Assembly: GCA_963665665.1 (NCBI GenBank)
Contig: OY762428.1
Coordinates: 3,040,001 to 3,104,000, forward strand
Reading direction: 5' to 3'
Length of the DNA stretch: 64,000 bases
Source of the DNA: Candidatus Kapaibacterium sp.
Lineage (GTDB): Bacteria; Bacteroidota; Ignavibacteria; Kapaibacteriales; UBA2268
The notes beneath the pieces were generated by a model. It had not been told where the DNA came from. It saw only the letters and a list, made by a program, of their open reading frames with translations, and searched no databases. Both the position numbers and the translations under genes were made by a program. The number at the start of each line of letters is the position of its first letter. The first letter of the stretch is position 1. Below, piece by piece: positions 18,330 to 29,300 of this stretch.

Positions 18330-19460
18330 ATGAGCGAAGAAAAAAATACAGAATTTAAAGTACCGGAATGCGGTTATCCGCTGAGCCAGATATATTTTTA
18401 CATGACTGAAGGATGCAACCTGAAATGCCGTCACTGCTGGATAGAACCGAAATTCCAGGCTTCCGGCAATAGTAAATGGCCCTCTATTGAGTTTGACCTT
18501 TTCAAGGATATATGCTATCAGGGCAGGGAACTTGGAATGAACTCAGTTAAACTAACCGGCGGGGAGCCACTGATAAATCCTGATATTGACAAAATACTTG
18601 ATTTCATTTATGAGGAGAAGTTCAGGCTGACAATTGAAACTAACGGCATCGAACTGACACCTGAAATTTGTGAAAAGATTGCCCGGTGTGAAGGCACTTT
18701 TGTTTCAATCAGCCTTGATGGCTCAACAGCAGAAGAACACGAATGGGTTCGCGGTGTTCCGGGTTGTTTCGAAGCAGCATTGCAAGGCGCACGGAATCTT
18801 GTAGCCGTGGGAATAAGGCCGCAGTTTATAATGTCGATAATGAAAAGGAATGCACACCAGATAGAAGATATTATTGAACTTGCCCGGAAAGAAAACGCCG
18901 AGTCGGTTAAATACAACCTGGTAACACCTACTGCACGTGGGGAGCAAATGCACGAGGCTGGCGAAACTCTGTCGATTGAAGAATTGATCCGTATTGGTAA
19001 ATGGGTGGAAGATGAATTGCAGCCAAAGTACAAAGATGTCAGGCTTCACTATTCTCATCCGGTTGCTTTCAAGCCTTTTGGCAAAATGTTTGAAAGACCA
19101 TTGGGACGTTGCGGTATATTCGGTATTATCGGAGTGCTCGGAAATGGTAAATATGCTCTTTGCGGTATCGGTGAAACTGTCCCTGAACTTGTTTTCGGCG
19201 ACGCGAGAAAAGATAAACTCGCAGATGTTTGGAATAATAACCAGGTACTTAATGATATTCGTAAAGGCTTACCAAAAGATTTGAATGGTATTTGCGGGGA
19301 TTGTCTCGTTAAAAACAAATGCCTTGGTTCCTGTGTAGCCATGAATTATTATCGTCATCACGATCTGTTTGCTCCTTTCTGGTATTGCGAGGAAGCACTT
19401 AAAGCCGGACTTTTCCCCAAAACCAGGATCAAGCCGGGATCGCCATTTGAAAAGGTATAA
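18330..19460 (+). CDS. scmF: Radical SAM/SPASM peptide maturase (ScmF-like)
   Basis: CNLKCRHC; TGGEPL; RCGI...ALCGIG...CGDCLVKNKCLGSCVA...WYC. Confidence 0.88.
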   Translation: MSEEKNTEFKVPECGYPLSQIYFYMTEGCNLKCRHCWIEPKFQASGNSKWPSIEFDLFKDICYQGRELGMNSVKLTGGEPLINPDIDKILDFIYEEKFRLTIETNGIELTPEICEKIARCEGTFVSISLDGSTAEEHEWVRGVPGCFEAALQGARNLVAVGIRPQFIMSIMKRNAHQIEDIIELARKENAESVKYNLVTPTARGEQMHEAGETLSIEELIRIGKWVEDELQPKYKDVRLHYSHPVAFKPFGKMFERPLGRCGIFGIIGVLGNGKYALCGIGETVPELVFGDARKDKLADVWNNNQVLNDIRKGLPKDLNGICGDCLVKNKCLGSCVAMNYYRHHDLFAPFWYCEEALKAGLFPKTRIKPGSPFEKV

Positions 19461-19472
19461 AACAAATACTAA

Positions 19473-21281
19473 ATGCGTTTATGGTATAAATATCTGAAGC
19501 AGGGGCTTTCCCGTAAGCTGCCTGTCGATAAGTTCAATGAAGAATCGAACTACGGCAGGCTCAGGGATAATATTAAACTATTATTTCCTCCGATAAAAAA
19601 ACACTGGAAGGCCGGGCTGATATCAATGTTTGTTCTGGTTCTGTCATCAGTCCTGACTTATCCCCTGCCAATGATAAACAAATATTTTATCGATGACGTT
19701 TTGCTGAAAAAGAGGATTGACCTTGTTGTTCCGGTAGTATTACTATTAACGGGAATTGGCCTTGCTTCGTATCTGACGGGCGTGTTGAAAGGCTTTTATA
19801 ATCAGCGATTCACACAGGAAGTGATACTCGATCTGCAAAAGACAATGATCGATAAGGTTTTGTCACTCCCAAAATTCTTCTTTGATAAAAATCGATCCGG
19901 CTATCTTATGTCAAGGATATCCGGAGATGTTCACGGTGTAAACTGGTTTCTTTCCGGCCCTATGGTTCAAATGTTTCTCCAGGCTATGAAATTCATTGGT
20001 GGTGTTTATTTCCTGATATTCCTGGAATGGCGTCTGGCAATTCCGGTTATTCTTACCTTGCCGATACCATTTTTCGCAATGCGTTATTTTGCTAAGCGGT
20101 CTTATATTATGAGCCATTATACCAGCGAAATGAATGCAAAAACAAACGCCAGCCTGCATGAAACTGTTAATACTGTTTCTCTTATTAAATCTTTTGCCAA
20201 CGAGAAAAAAGCATCAAAGTCCCTATTCAGGATGTTGAGAAAAAAAGTTAACATCGGGTATGAACAAAACAGTATGAATTCTCTTAGCAGTTTGATCAAC
20301 CAGCTAATGCCACAGGTTGCCAAATTTGCTGTTATGCTTTTTGGCGCTTACTGGGTAATCAGCGGCGAGTGGCAATTGGGATCTCTTATCGCTTTCCAAT
20401 CATACTTATCCTACGTGTACGGGCCGGTAAATCAGCTTTCTTCCAGTATGAACCAATTGCAGACAGCCCGGGCAACAATGGACAGGGTTGCTACTATTCT
20501 CGGAATGGATTCCGAAGAGAATACTGACAGCGGAGATGAAATTACGAAACTGACCGGAAGCATAGAATTTGATAATGTAAGCTTCGGGTATGATAAGAAA
20601 AAACCTGTTTTATCTAATCTTTCCTTTAATATAAAAGCAGGGGAACAATGGGCTGTGATCGGCCCAAGCGGTATTGGTAAAACGACGCTTATCAGCCTGC
20701 TTTTAAAATTTTATTCCACTGATTCCGGAGATATTCTATTTGATGATAAGTCCTGTAAAGATATCAATGTGCGTTCTTTAAGAAGAAGGCTTGGCTATGT
20801 GGCACAATCAACGAGCCTGCAAACAGGAACAATTCTGAAAAATCTGAAATACGGAAATCCCGGAGCAAGTGTAGAAGATATAGTTAAAGCAGCAAAGATT
20901 GCCGGAATTCATGAATTTATTGAAGAACTGCCCGAAAAATATAATACCCATATAGAAGAAGGCGGCGCTAACCTTTCCGAAGGCCAGAAACAAAGGCTTT
21001 CTATTGCAAGAGCTCTTGTTCTGAATCCTGATATTTATATACTGGATGAACCAACTGCTTCAGTAGATAACCTGACTGAACAGTCAATTTACAAAGCTCT
21101 TCCTGAAACAATAAAAAATAAGACAACAATCACTATAGCACACAGGTTAAATACTATTAAATCAGCAGAAAAAATATTATTTTTGAGAAAGAATAAAATT
21201 CCTCTTATCGGTTCACATAATGAATTGAAAGGCGATGATGATTACATGGAATTTTTCGAAACTATAAATAATTGTAACTGA
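19473..21281 (+). CDS. ABC exporter, fused transmembrane and ATP-binding domains (no C39 peptidase domain)
   Basis: Six-TM domain; GPSGIGKTT, LSEGQKQR, ILDEPT. Confidence 0.92.
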   Translation: MRLWYKYLKQGLSRKLPVDKFNEESNYGRLRDNIKLLFPPIKKHWKAGLISMFVLVLSSVLTYPLPMINKYFIDDVLLKKRIDLVVPVVLLLTGIGLASYLTGVLKGFYNQRFTQEVILDLQKTMIDKVLSLPKFFFDKNRSGYLMSRISGDVHGVNWFLSGPMVQMFLQAMKFIGGVYFLIFLEWRLAIPVILTLPIPFFAMRYFAKRSYIMSHYTSEMNAKTNASLHETVNTVSLIKSFANEKKASKSLFRMLRKKVNIGYEQNSMNSLSSLINQLMPQVAKFAVMLFGAYWVISGEWQLGSLIAFQSYLSYVYGPVNQLSSSMNQLQTARATMDRVATILGMDSEENTDSGDEITKLTGSIEFDNVSFGYDKKKPVLSNLSFNIKAGEQWAVIGPSGIGKTTLISLLLKFYSTDSGDILFDDKSCKDINVRSLRRRLGYVAQSTSLQTGTILKNLKYGNPGASVEDIVKAAKIAGIHEFIEELPEKYNTHIEEGGANLSEGQKQRLSIARALVLNPDIYILDEPTASVDNLTEQSIYKALPETIKNKTTITIAHRLNTIKSAEKILFLRKNKIPLIGSHNELKGDDDYMEFFETINNCN

Positions 21282-21284
21282 CAG

Positions 21285-22160
21285 ATGCAGCAGGCAAAAC
21301 AAATAGAACAATTTTATCTGAAACTTTCGGATGGCAGCAAATGGGGATTCAATTCAGCTCCTGAATTGAAAGAATGGTTTAGCATATTTGCCAGAATAAT
21401 GTCTTTGAAAAAAGATAACTCTGATGTGGATTATTTGTTTAATATCCGGCCCAAAAACGGAAGGGAAATTCCTGCCGGAGTTGATGAAAGCTGGGATTCT
21501 TTCAGGCAAAGCGGGGCATATACTATATGGAGCAAAAAAGGGGAAAAACAGTTTTTAATTGAAATAAACAAAGAGTTTATCGACCACCCCGAGATTAGAG
21601 TGATAAATATGTGGTCAACATTGAAGGCTCTATATAAATTTTATGCTGAGAACGGTGGAGGCCCGGTTCATAGCGGAATGGCAGCCCTGAATGGCAAAGC
21701 TATACTGATAGCTGCCCCGGGGGGTACCGGGAAATCAACATCCATACGCAGGCTGCCGGATTATTGGAAAAAAATGTGCGATGACACAACCCTGATAGTA
21801 AAAAAAGATGATAATTTCTTTGTTCATCCCATGCCTACATGGAGTGACCATCTATGGGAGCATAATTTTACTACTTTCGATACTTCAAGGGGATTCCCAT
21901 TAGCAGCTGTTTTCTTTCTGAAGCAGTCCGGCACTGACAAAGTTACCCCGATTTCCAGGCCTGAAGGCATTCAGTTGCTTTTAAGTTCAGTTAAACAGGT
22001 TTTTCAAACTTATGTTGATAAGTTGAAGGATAATGAAAAGTCTGAAATGGCTATGAAACTGTTTGATAACACCTGTAATATTGTTGGAAAAACACCATGC
22101 TACAGGCTTGAAGCTACATTGAACGGGGATTTCTGGGAAGAAATTGAAAAGGTATTATAG
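21285..22160 (+). CDS. scmC: ScmC-like HPr-kinase-related P-loop protein
   Basis: VHSG...ILIAAPGGTGKST...MCDDTTLI matches the HprK His / Walker A / DD layout; PMPTWSD. Confidence 0.8.
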   Translation: MQQAKQIEQFYLKLSDGSKWGFNSAPELKEWFSIFARIMSLKKDNSDVDYLFNIRPKNGREIPAGVDESWDSFRQSGAYTIWSKKGEKQFLIEINKEFIDHPEIRVINMWSTLKALYKFYAENGGGPVHSGMAALNGKAILIAAPGGTGKSTSIRRLPDYWKKMCDDTTLIVKKDDNFFVHPMPTWSDHLWEHNFTTFDTSRGFPLAAVFFLKQSGTDKVTPISRPEGIQLLLSSVKQVFQTYVDKLKDNEKSEMAMKLFDNTCNIVGKTPCYRLEATLNGDFWEEIEKVL

Positions 22161-22759
22161 TGGAAAAGCACAAGCCGCAATATAATACAAGTGTCGGGCC
22201 AAGCATGTACCCGACAATGAAAAGCGGCGATGCATATATCCTTAAAGAAATATCTTCTATTGATGAAATATGCCGGGGAGATGTAATTGTTTTTCCCCAC
22301 CCTGACGAACCAATTAATGTTGTTCACAGAATTATTAGGATTTATCCCGAAGGTTTTCAAACCAGGGGAGATAATAATAACCGTAAAGATCCCTATATTG
22401 TGAAAAAGGATGATATTATCGGTGTGGTGGGCAAGGTTATCAGGAAAAATAAAAGATATACTATTCATGGCGGAAATGCGGGATTATTCATCCACAGGAT
22501 GGCTTGGGCCAGGAAATATTCCCGGCCCTATATTGTAAAGCCACTGAAGTTTTTATTGAATTTGCTGATCAGATCAAAAATATTCTTCATTTTCGGAAAT
22601 TTCTTTTCAACTTCAATCACAAAAATTAACCGAATGGGTTCCGAGCAATTTATCTTAAGTGTAAATAAAAAACCGGTTGGAAAAAAAGAATCAAAGGAAT
22701 CTGCGTGGATAATTAGTTTCCCTTATAGTTTGTTTATTAATCCGAAGAAATTACCATGA
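22160..22759 (+). CDS. S24/S26 family signal-peptidase-like protease
   Basis: GPSMYPTM, RGDVIVF, VVHRI, TRGDNN...DP; GTG start overlaps the upstream TAG. Confidence 0.85.
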   Translation: MEKHKPQYNTSVGPSMYPTMKSGDAYILKEISSIDEICRGDVIVFPHPDEPINVVHRIIRIYPEGFQTRGDNNNRKDPYIVKKDDIIGVVGKVIRKNKRYTIHGGNAGLFIHRMAWARKYSRPYIVKPLKFLLNLLIRSKIFFIFGNFFSTSITKINRMGSEQFILSVNKKPVGKKESKESAWIISFPYSLFINPKKLP

Positions 22760-22980
22760 AATACCGAAAACCAAAAATATACAGACTTTTCCCATCGAAA
22801 ATAGACATAAGCGCCTGTATGGACGGTGAGCAGGCTTCGAGCATGGCCTGCGTATCCGGCCCGGAGGCATCCAGCGGGTGTAAAACCGGGGCTGCTGCCG
22901 GTACGGCATGTAAGGATGGTTCCGCTGCCGGATTCAGTTGCAACAGCGGTGCAGGATTCGAGGAATGGGAAAGGAAGTAA
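22756..22980 (+). CDS. Candidate RiPP precursor peptide 3 (YRKPKI leader, 5x CxxG)
   Basis: CMDG, CVSG, CKTG, CKDG, CNSG; ATGA overlap with the peptidase stop. Confidence 0.85.
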   Translation: MKYRKPKIYRLFPSKIDISACMDGEQASSMACVSGPEASSGCKTGAAAGTACKDGSAAGFSCNSGAGFEEWERK

Positions 22981-23034
22981 ATTGTTTTATAATAATAACA
23001 TAGTGTATTATTAATCATATAAGGCATTAATAAA

Positions 23035-23814
23035 ATGAAAATATCAATATTAACCGAAAATACAGCAGCGCCTTATTTCCTTGCGGAATTTGGTTTTTCA
23101 TGCTTTATAGAAACAAACGGGAATAATTTTCTTTTTGATTTAGGCGCCACGGACATTTATCTGAAAAATGCCGAAAAACTTGGCATTGATATAGATAATT
23201 GCAATAATGTTATTCTCAGCCATGGCCACTGGGATCATGGAAACGGCCTTAAATACATTAAGGGAAAAAATCTATTATGTCATCCGGGGGCTTTTCGTAA
23301 AAGATACCACAAAGGTGATGATAATAATATCGGCCTTGAAATGACTAAAGAAGAAATTGAGACAAATTTCTGCCTGACAAGCTCGGCGAAACCATATTAT
23401 ATTGATGAAAATATAATTTTCCTTGGAGAAATTCCCAGGCTGAATGATTTTGAATCAAAGGAATCAGATTTTATACTCTCCGACGGAAGCGAGGATTTTG
23501 TAAGTGATGATACCGCCATGGCCATTGTTGAAGACGGCAGGCTAATCATCATTTCCGGGTGCGCCCATTCCGGAATTTGTAATATTATAGAATATGCGCG
23601 TAATATTTCCGGCATTTCGGACGTGAAAGCTGTGCTGGGCGGCTTCCATTTAAAAAATGAAAACCGTCAGTTGGATGAAACAATTAAATATTTTAAAAAA
23701 TTAAATGCAAAGCAGCTTTATCCCTGCCACTGTACTCAATTGCCTGCTATGGCAGCTTTTTATAACAATTTTAAAATTAACAGGATAATGGCAGGAAACA
23801 CATTGGAAATTTAG
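23035..23814 (+). CDS. MBL-fold metallo-hydrolase (COG1237-like)
   Basis: SHGHWDHG, GCAHSG, GGFHL, PCHCT. Confidence 0.9.
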   Translation: MKISILTENTAAPYFLAEFGFSCFIETNGNNFLFDLGATDIYLKNAEKLGIDIDNCNNVILSHGHWDHGNGLKYIKGKNLLCHPGAFRKRYHKGDDNNIGLEMTKEEIETNFCLTSSAKPYYIDENIIFLGEIPRLNDFESKESDFILSDGSEDFVSDDTAMAIVEDGRLIIISGCAHSGICNIIEYARNISGISDVKAVLGGFHLKNENRQLDETIKYFKKLNAKQLYPCHCTQLPAMAAFYNNFKINRIMAGNTLEI

Positions 23815-23823
23815 GAAAATAAA

Positions 23824-24681
23824 ATGAAAACATATATTGATTGTATTCCATGCTTTATGAACCAGGCGCTAAGGGCCGGAAGAATATCCACAAGCGATGA
23901 TATAATACTTAAAAAAATAATGGATAACGTAGGCGGGAAGCTGAAAGATGTATCCCTTACCGAAGTACCGCCCCGTTCGGCAATGATCATATACGATGAA
24001 ATATTTCGCCAGACGGGAATAGAAGACCCTTACAAAAAAATCAAAAAGGAAAGTATAGACCTTGCTAAAAGTATTCTGGGGCAAATCAGAAATATGGTGG
24101 AATCTGCCCCCGACCCGTTACTTGCTGCCGTAAAAGCAGCAATTGCAGGTAATATTATTGATTTTGGTGCCTGCGAGGATTTTGATATTAAAAAGGATGT
24201 AAAGGCATCTATGGATATGGACTTATCTATAAACGATTATGAGGTTTTCAAAGAAAAAATAAATTATGCACGTACAGTCCTTTACCTTGGGGATAATGCC
24301 GGGGAAACTGTTTTTGACAGGTTGCTAATCGAGAATATTGACGCAAGGGTGGTTTATGCTGTCAGGGAGAAACCTATTATCAATGATGCAGTGATAGAAG
24401 ATGCAGTTGATTCCGGCCTGGCCGATATATGCGAGATAATTTCTTCAGGCAGTACTGCTCCTGCAACTATTCTTGAAGAATGTAATGAACGGTTTTTAGG
24501 TCTTTATCACGGCGGAGCTGATATTATCATCAGCAAAGGGCAGGGAAATTACGAGAGTTTATCTGATAGTAACGAAAATATTTTCTTCCTTCTTAAAACT
24601 AAATGCAGCGTTATTGCCCGCGACCTTGATACCGAAACAGGTGCACTTGTATTGAAAGCCGGTAAAAATTATGATTTGTAA
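23824..24681 (+). CDS. DUF89/ARMT1-like damage-control phosphatase
   Basis: DCIPC, AGNIIDFG, DNAGE, PIINDA, KGQGNYE. Confidence 0.9.
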   Translation: MKTYIDCIPCFMNQALRAGRISTSDDIILKKIMDNVGGKLKDVSLTEVPPRSAMIIYDEIFRQTGIEDPYKKIKKESIDLAKSILGQIRNMVESAPDPLLAAVKAAIAGNIIDFGACEDFDIKKDVKASMDMDLSINDYEVFKEKINYARTVLYLGDNAGETVFDRLLIENIDARVVYAVREKPIINDAVIEDAVDSGLADICEIISSGSTAPATILEECNERFLGLYHGGADIIISKGQGNYESLSDSNENIFFLLKTKCSVIARDLDTETGALVLKAGKNYDL

Positions 24682-24887
24682 ATATATTTTTCGGGTTCTG
24701 TTAAACAACCAATATTCAATGATATAGAGTTAATTGTTGTTATTATCGGCGAATATAGTAGTTCCCCGGAATATTATTTATGTCGGAAAGTTGAGCCTGT
24801 GATATGTAATATTTGAATTTACCCGGGCGATTTTGAACCTTGTGATTAATAATTGCTTTCAGTAAATTTGCCAGGAAATTTTATTTA

Positions 24888-26339
24888 ATGGGATACTCAA
24901 TGACAGGGAATAAGCCAGATAGAAATACTGCTGACAGTATAAAGGCAATGCTAAAAGGCGGGGCAATTTATTCATTTGGAAATATGCTGCAGCAATTCCT
25001 TAATTTTATTCTCATTCCGGTTTACACGGCATTTCTAACAACCGGGGACTATGGAATTATTGGTTTAATGACTATAACTGCCGGTTTGATACTGCCATTT
25101 ACTAAAACACCTGCGGCCAACGGATTTGTCCGCTTTTATTATTCTCCCGGATACGAAAATAAAAGAAAGACACTTTTTTTCAATTCAGTAATATTTTGCC
25201 TTGCACAGTCCTTTATAATCGGATTGATATTTTACCTGTTTTCTTCATTTTGGGCCGGACTGATACTATCGGATATTTCACTCGATAATATCGTAAAAAT
25301 ATATGCAATAATTATTTTCTTGCAGCCAATTGAAGACCTGTCCCAGGATTTGGTAAAAATTCAGAAAAAAGCCGGGCTTTTTGTTGTCATGCAATTATTA
25401 CGCCTGCTACTTGGTGCCGCACTTATACTTTATTTATTATTAATCGCTAATTCTGGCGTGATGGCTTTGGTTTGGGGGGCATTGTTCTCCTCCGCATGGC
25501 CTGTTCTATTCTTTATGCCATTGATAGCCAAAAATATTGAAATTAAATTTGACCTTAATTCGCTACGGCCCTTACTCAAATTTGGTTATCCCCTGATTCT
25601 GACAACGCTTTCTTTGTATCTTGCCGAATATGCAGATCAATATATTATTAAGTTTATGGCAGGAATATCCGATGCAGGGCTGTATTCTTTTGCCTACAAA
25701 TTCGGGGCATTAACCGGATTTATACTGGTGCTGCCTCTGCATAGCATAATCGACCCCCTTGTATACGAACTTGAAAGCAGAAAAGCGGAGTTAATTACTT
25801 TTATGAAAAGGGCTACAACATTATTTTATGCTGCGGTACTATATTTTTCCGTTATATTATCCCTTTTGTCCAAAGAAGTAATTCATATATTTGCAAGCAA
25901 ACCTGAATTTTACCCTGCCTGGGAGATAGTACCATTAATATCCTTTGCTTATTGCCATTATGGTTTGATGTACTTGTTTGGACGTGGATTAATTATGGCA
26001 AAAAAGAGCAAACTGACCGGGCTAATATATTTAATATCGGCAGTAATAAATATTTTTATGAATATAATTCTAATTCCTGTATGGGGCCTTACCGGTGCTG
26101 CCGTTTCCACAATCATTTCCTTTATTCTTATGGGATTGCTTTCAGCATTTTACTCGGCGAAATATTATAATTTCAAATATGATAGCAAAAAACTGATAAT
26201 ATTGACATTAGTATATTTTGCAGCAGTAACTCCTGCATACTTCAGTATTGCTGATATGATAACTGGCCTGTTGATTAAATCAGTAATAATAATTGTATTT
26301 ACGGTAGCAGCATATTATGTTATCAAAAAGGACTTGTAG
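24888..26339 (+). CDS. Oligosaccharide flippase (Wzx/MOP family)
   Basis: About 14 hydrophobic segments; PVYTAFLTTGDYG, AGLYSFAYK, LIPVWGLTGAA. Confidence 0.85.
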   Translation: MGYSMTGNKPDRNTADSIKAMLKGGAIYSFGNMLQQFLNFILIPVYTAFLTTGDYGIIGLMTITAGLILPFTKTPAANGFVRFYYSPGYENKRKTLFFNSVIFCLAQSFIIGLIFYLFSSFWAGLILSDISLDNIVKIYAIIIFLQPIEDLSQDLVKIQKKAGLFVVMQLLRLLLGAALILYLLLIANSGVMALVWGALFSSAWPVLFFMPLIAKNIEIKFDLNSLRPLLKFGYPLILTTLSLYLAEYADQYIIKFMAGISDAGLYSFAYKFGALTGFILVLPLHSIIDPLVYELESRKAELITFMKRATTLFYAAVLYFSVILSLLSKEVIHIFASKPEFYPAWEIVPLISFAYCHYGLMYLFGRGLIMAKKSKLTGLIYLISAVINIFMNIILIPVWGLTGAAVSTIISFILMGLLSAFYSAKYYNFKYDSKKLIILTLVYFAAVTPAYFSIADMITGLLIKSVIIIVFTVAAYYVIKKDL

Positions 26340-26340
26340 T

Positions 26341-29300
26341 TTAAATTTTTGGCAGAGTGAATGAGAACTCCGATCCTTTTCCGGGCTTGCTTTTTACAGA
26401 TATTGTTCCGCCGTTTTTCTCCACAAACTCTTTGCAAAGTATTAAACCTAAACCCGTTCCTTTTTCATTATTTGTTCCCGGAGTAGAGGAGTTTTTATCA
26501 ATCCTGAACAGATCATCGATTCTCTCTTCTTCAATACCAATTCCACTGTCGCAGATGATTATTTCAATGAATTTATCATTTTCTTTGTTAGCAATTTCAA
26601 TTGTACCGCCTTCGGGGGTAAATTTTATTGCATTTGACAGCAGGTTGCGGAAAACAGTATTGATCATTGCTTTATCGAAATAAGCAAAAAGATTCTTGTC
26701 TGATTTATCAATTATTTCAATTTTTTTATTATCAATATTGACTTGTAATAATTTACGAACATTTTCAATTGAAAATCTCATATCTGCTATCAGTGGATGG
26801 AATTCAAGCCTGCCGGTCTGGGAGCGGGACCATTGAAGTAAATTTTCCAAAAGGTTCAGCGTCTGCTTTGAAGAATCATACAGGATATTGATGAAATTTT
26901 TCCTTGCGTCACTTGTAATATCTTCATAATTCTGTAATAGTATCTCGGAAATATTCATAAGCCCGCCAAGGGGATTTTTCAGGTCATGAGCGATAATTGA
27001 AAAGAATTTGTCCTTCATTGCATTTGATTCCTGAAGGCCTGCTTCGGAATCGCTTATTATCCTGTTCAGTTCAGCAAGCCTTATTGCTTCTTCTTCAATT
27101 GTCTGGCGTGATATAAACAGTTCTTCGTTTAGTTTTTCCAACTCGTCCTGGGTACGTTTTCTTTCTTCATTTTCAAACCGCAGCTCTTCCATTGCATCCT
27201 GTAGCTGTGCAGTACGGTCCCTGACTTTTATTTCCAGGTCTTTATTCAATTCGTGCAGCTTATTCTCAATTTTTTTCTTATCGGAAATGTCAACAAATGA
27301 AGCAAGAAGTTTTATCGGTTTCCCTTTGCTGTCCCGCACAAAGTTAACTGAAACCATTACGTCAAAAGTGCTTCCGTCTTTCCGTATTGCCACGGATTCT
27401 ACTGTTCCGCCTCCCTGGTTCAAATGCCCAAGAACCCTGTCGGTTTCTCCTAATTGGCCAAAATATTTAATATTTTTGCCGATGATCTCCGCAATATCAT
27501 CATAACCCCAAAGATTGAGATATGCCTGGTTTACATATTCTATAGTGCCGTCCAGGCTGGCAATACCGAGGCCGAAAACGGCAGATTCGATAGCAGAGTT
27601 CTTTATATGCAATGATTCTTCTGCTTTTTTTAGTGGTGTAATATCCATTGTTACGCCTATAATGGATAATACTTTGCCATCTTTATTTTTTAATGGATAA
27701 GCCGATGTAACAGTATGAATTTTCTGGCCGTTTGAGTTCATCATGGTTACTTCAAAGGATTGGCCTGCTTTTGTCTGCAAAATTCTTGCAATGAAGTTTT
27801 CTACTTTGTTGTAATTCCCCCTGTGAAATTCTGATAATTTTTTATTAATAACGGCATTCTTCTTAAGCCCGAATATGTTTTCTGCCCCGGGCGAGAATTC
27901 ACTAATAACGGGGCCTCCATCTTTAAAATCAGCAATCAGGAATCCTACAGTATTAGCAGCTTCAAAAATTGAACGCAGTTTGGCTTCGTTGGCTTCCAGT
28001 GCATCGCGGGCAATTTTGGTTTCTGTAATGTCGTCTAGAATGGTTGCAAGCAGGTTATTGTGGAATTTGAAAATAGAAATTTTGAAGTATTTTACCGGGT
28101 TTTTCAAAGGAAATCCCATTACCAGTTTTATTCCGCCATCAGAACTATTTAATTTATTAACAATATCTGCAAATGGAAAAGTGCTTTTAGGATTTAATTC
28201 TGAAACTTTTCGCCCAACAAAATCTGTTCTTTTTATTCCATAAATAGATCTGAAACTTTCAATAAATAGTTTATTTGCATTACGGATAATTGTATCCACA
28301 ACTTCATCGTCTTCATTTTTAACAATTTCATGAATAGCACAGGCAGAATTCATATTATCAAAAAGCTGGATAAATCGCTCGTTACTTTTTTGCAGTTCCT
28401 TTTCAGATTCTATACGGGCTGTAATGTCTCTTGATGTTATTATGATACCATTTATCGGATCAACATCCAGCAGGTTGTTTGCAACAGCTTCATGCCAGGT
28501 ATAGGTGCCGTCCTTATGCATTAGCCTGAAAACAGTAGGAACCAGTTTATTTGTTCCGCTAAGAACTTCGTTAAATTCCCGGATAGAATGCTCTTTATCG
28601 TCAGGATGAACCAAATCCCACATATTGACTTCATTAAGTTCATTTTCTGAATAACCAAGAATCTGGCATGACGAAGGAGTTTCGAATTTTATATTTACAT
28701 TTTCATCAACAATCCATACAATATCGGACATATTCGCAAGGATAGACCTGAACTTTAACTCATTTTGCTCAAGAGCTTTCTCAACTTTTTTTACATCAGA
28801 AATATCGAATATAACTCCTCTGAATCCTACGGGTTTTGAATCCTTGATAATAACATCTGAATGAATTGCAACAGGAAAAGTCGATCCGTCCTTTCTTAGG
28901 GCAATGTATTCAGATGCCTTAGACCTTTGGCCCATAGCAATTTTCCGCATATTTTGAACCGCGCGTTCCCTGTGCTCGGGTATTATCATATCAATAGCGT
29001 TGATCGAATCTATATCAACTTCATCAGGCTTGTAGCCGAATTTATCACGGGCAGCTTTATTGCCGTAAGATAAATTTCCTTTCAAATCCGATTCATATAT
29101 TATCTGTGGCAGCAGGTCGGAAAGCTGGCGGAATCGTTCTTCGCTTTCTTTCAGTTTGTTTTTGGATTTTATTCTGGATATTGCAATTGCCAGCATATAA
29201 GCTATTGATTCCAGAAATTTCATTTTTTTATCAGTCAATGTGTCAGCATCGTTAGCGGCAACATTTAACGAACCATATATTTTGCCCGGACTTAGTTTTA

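Noticed and set aside
16038-22980. PQQ or lasso peptide biosynthesis
   Set aside because: There is no PqqA (ExxxY), PqqB or PqqC, and no asparagine-synthetase-like cyclase or transglutaminase-like B2 protease
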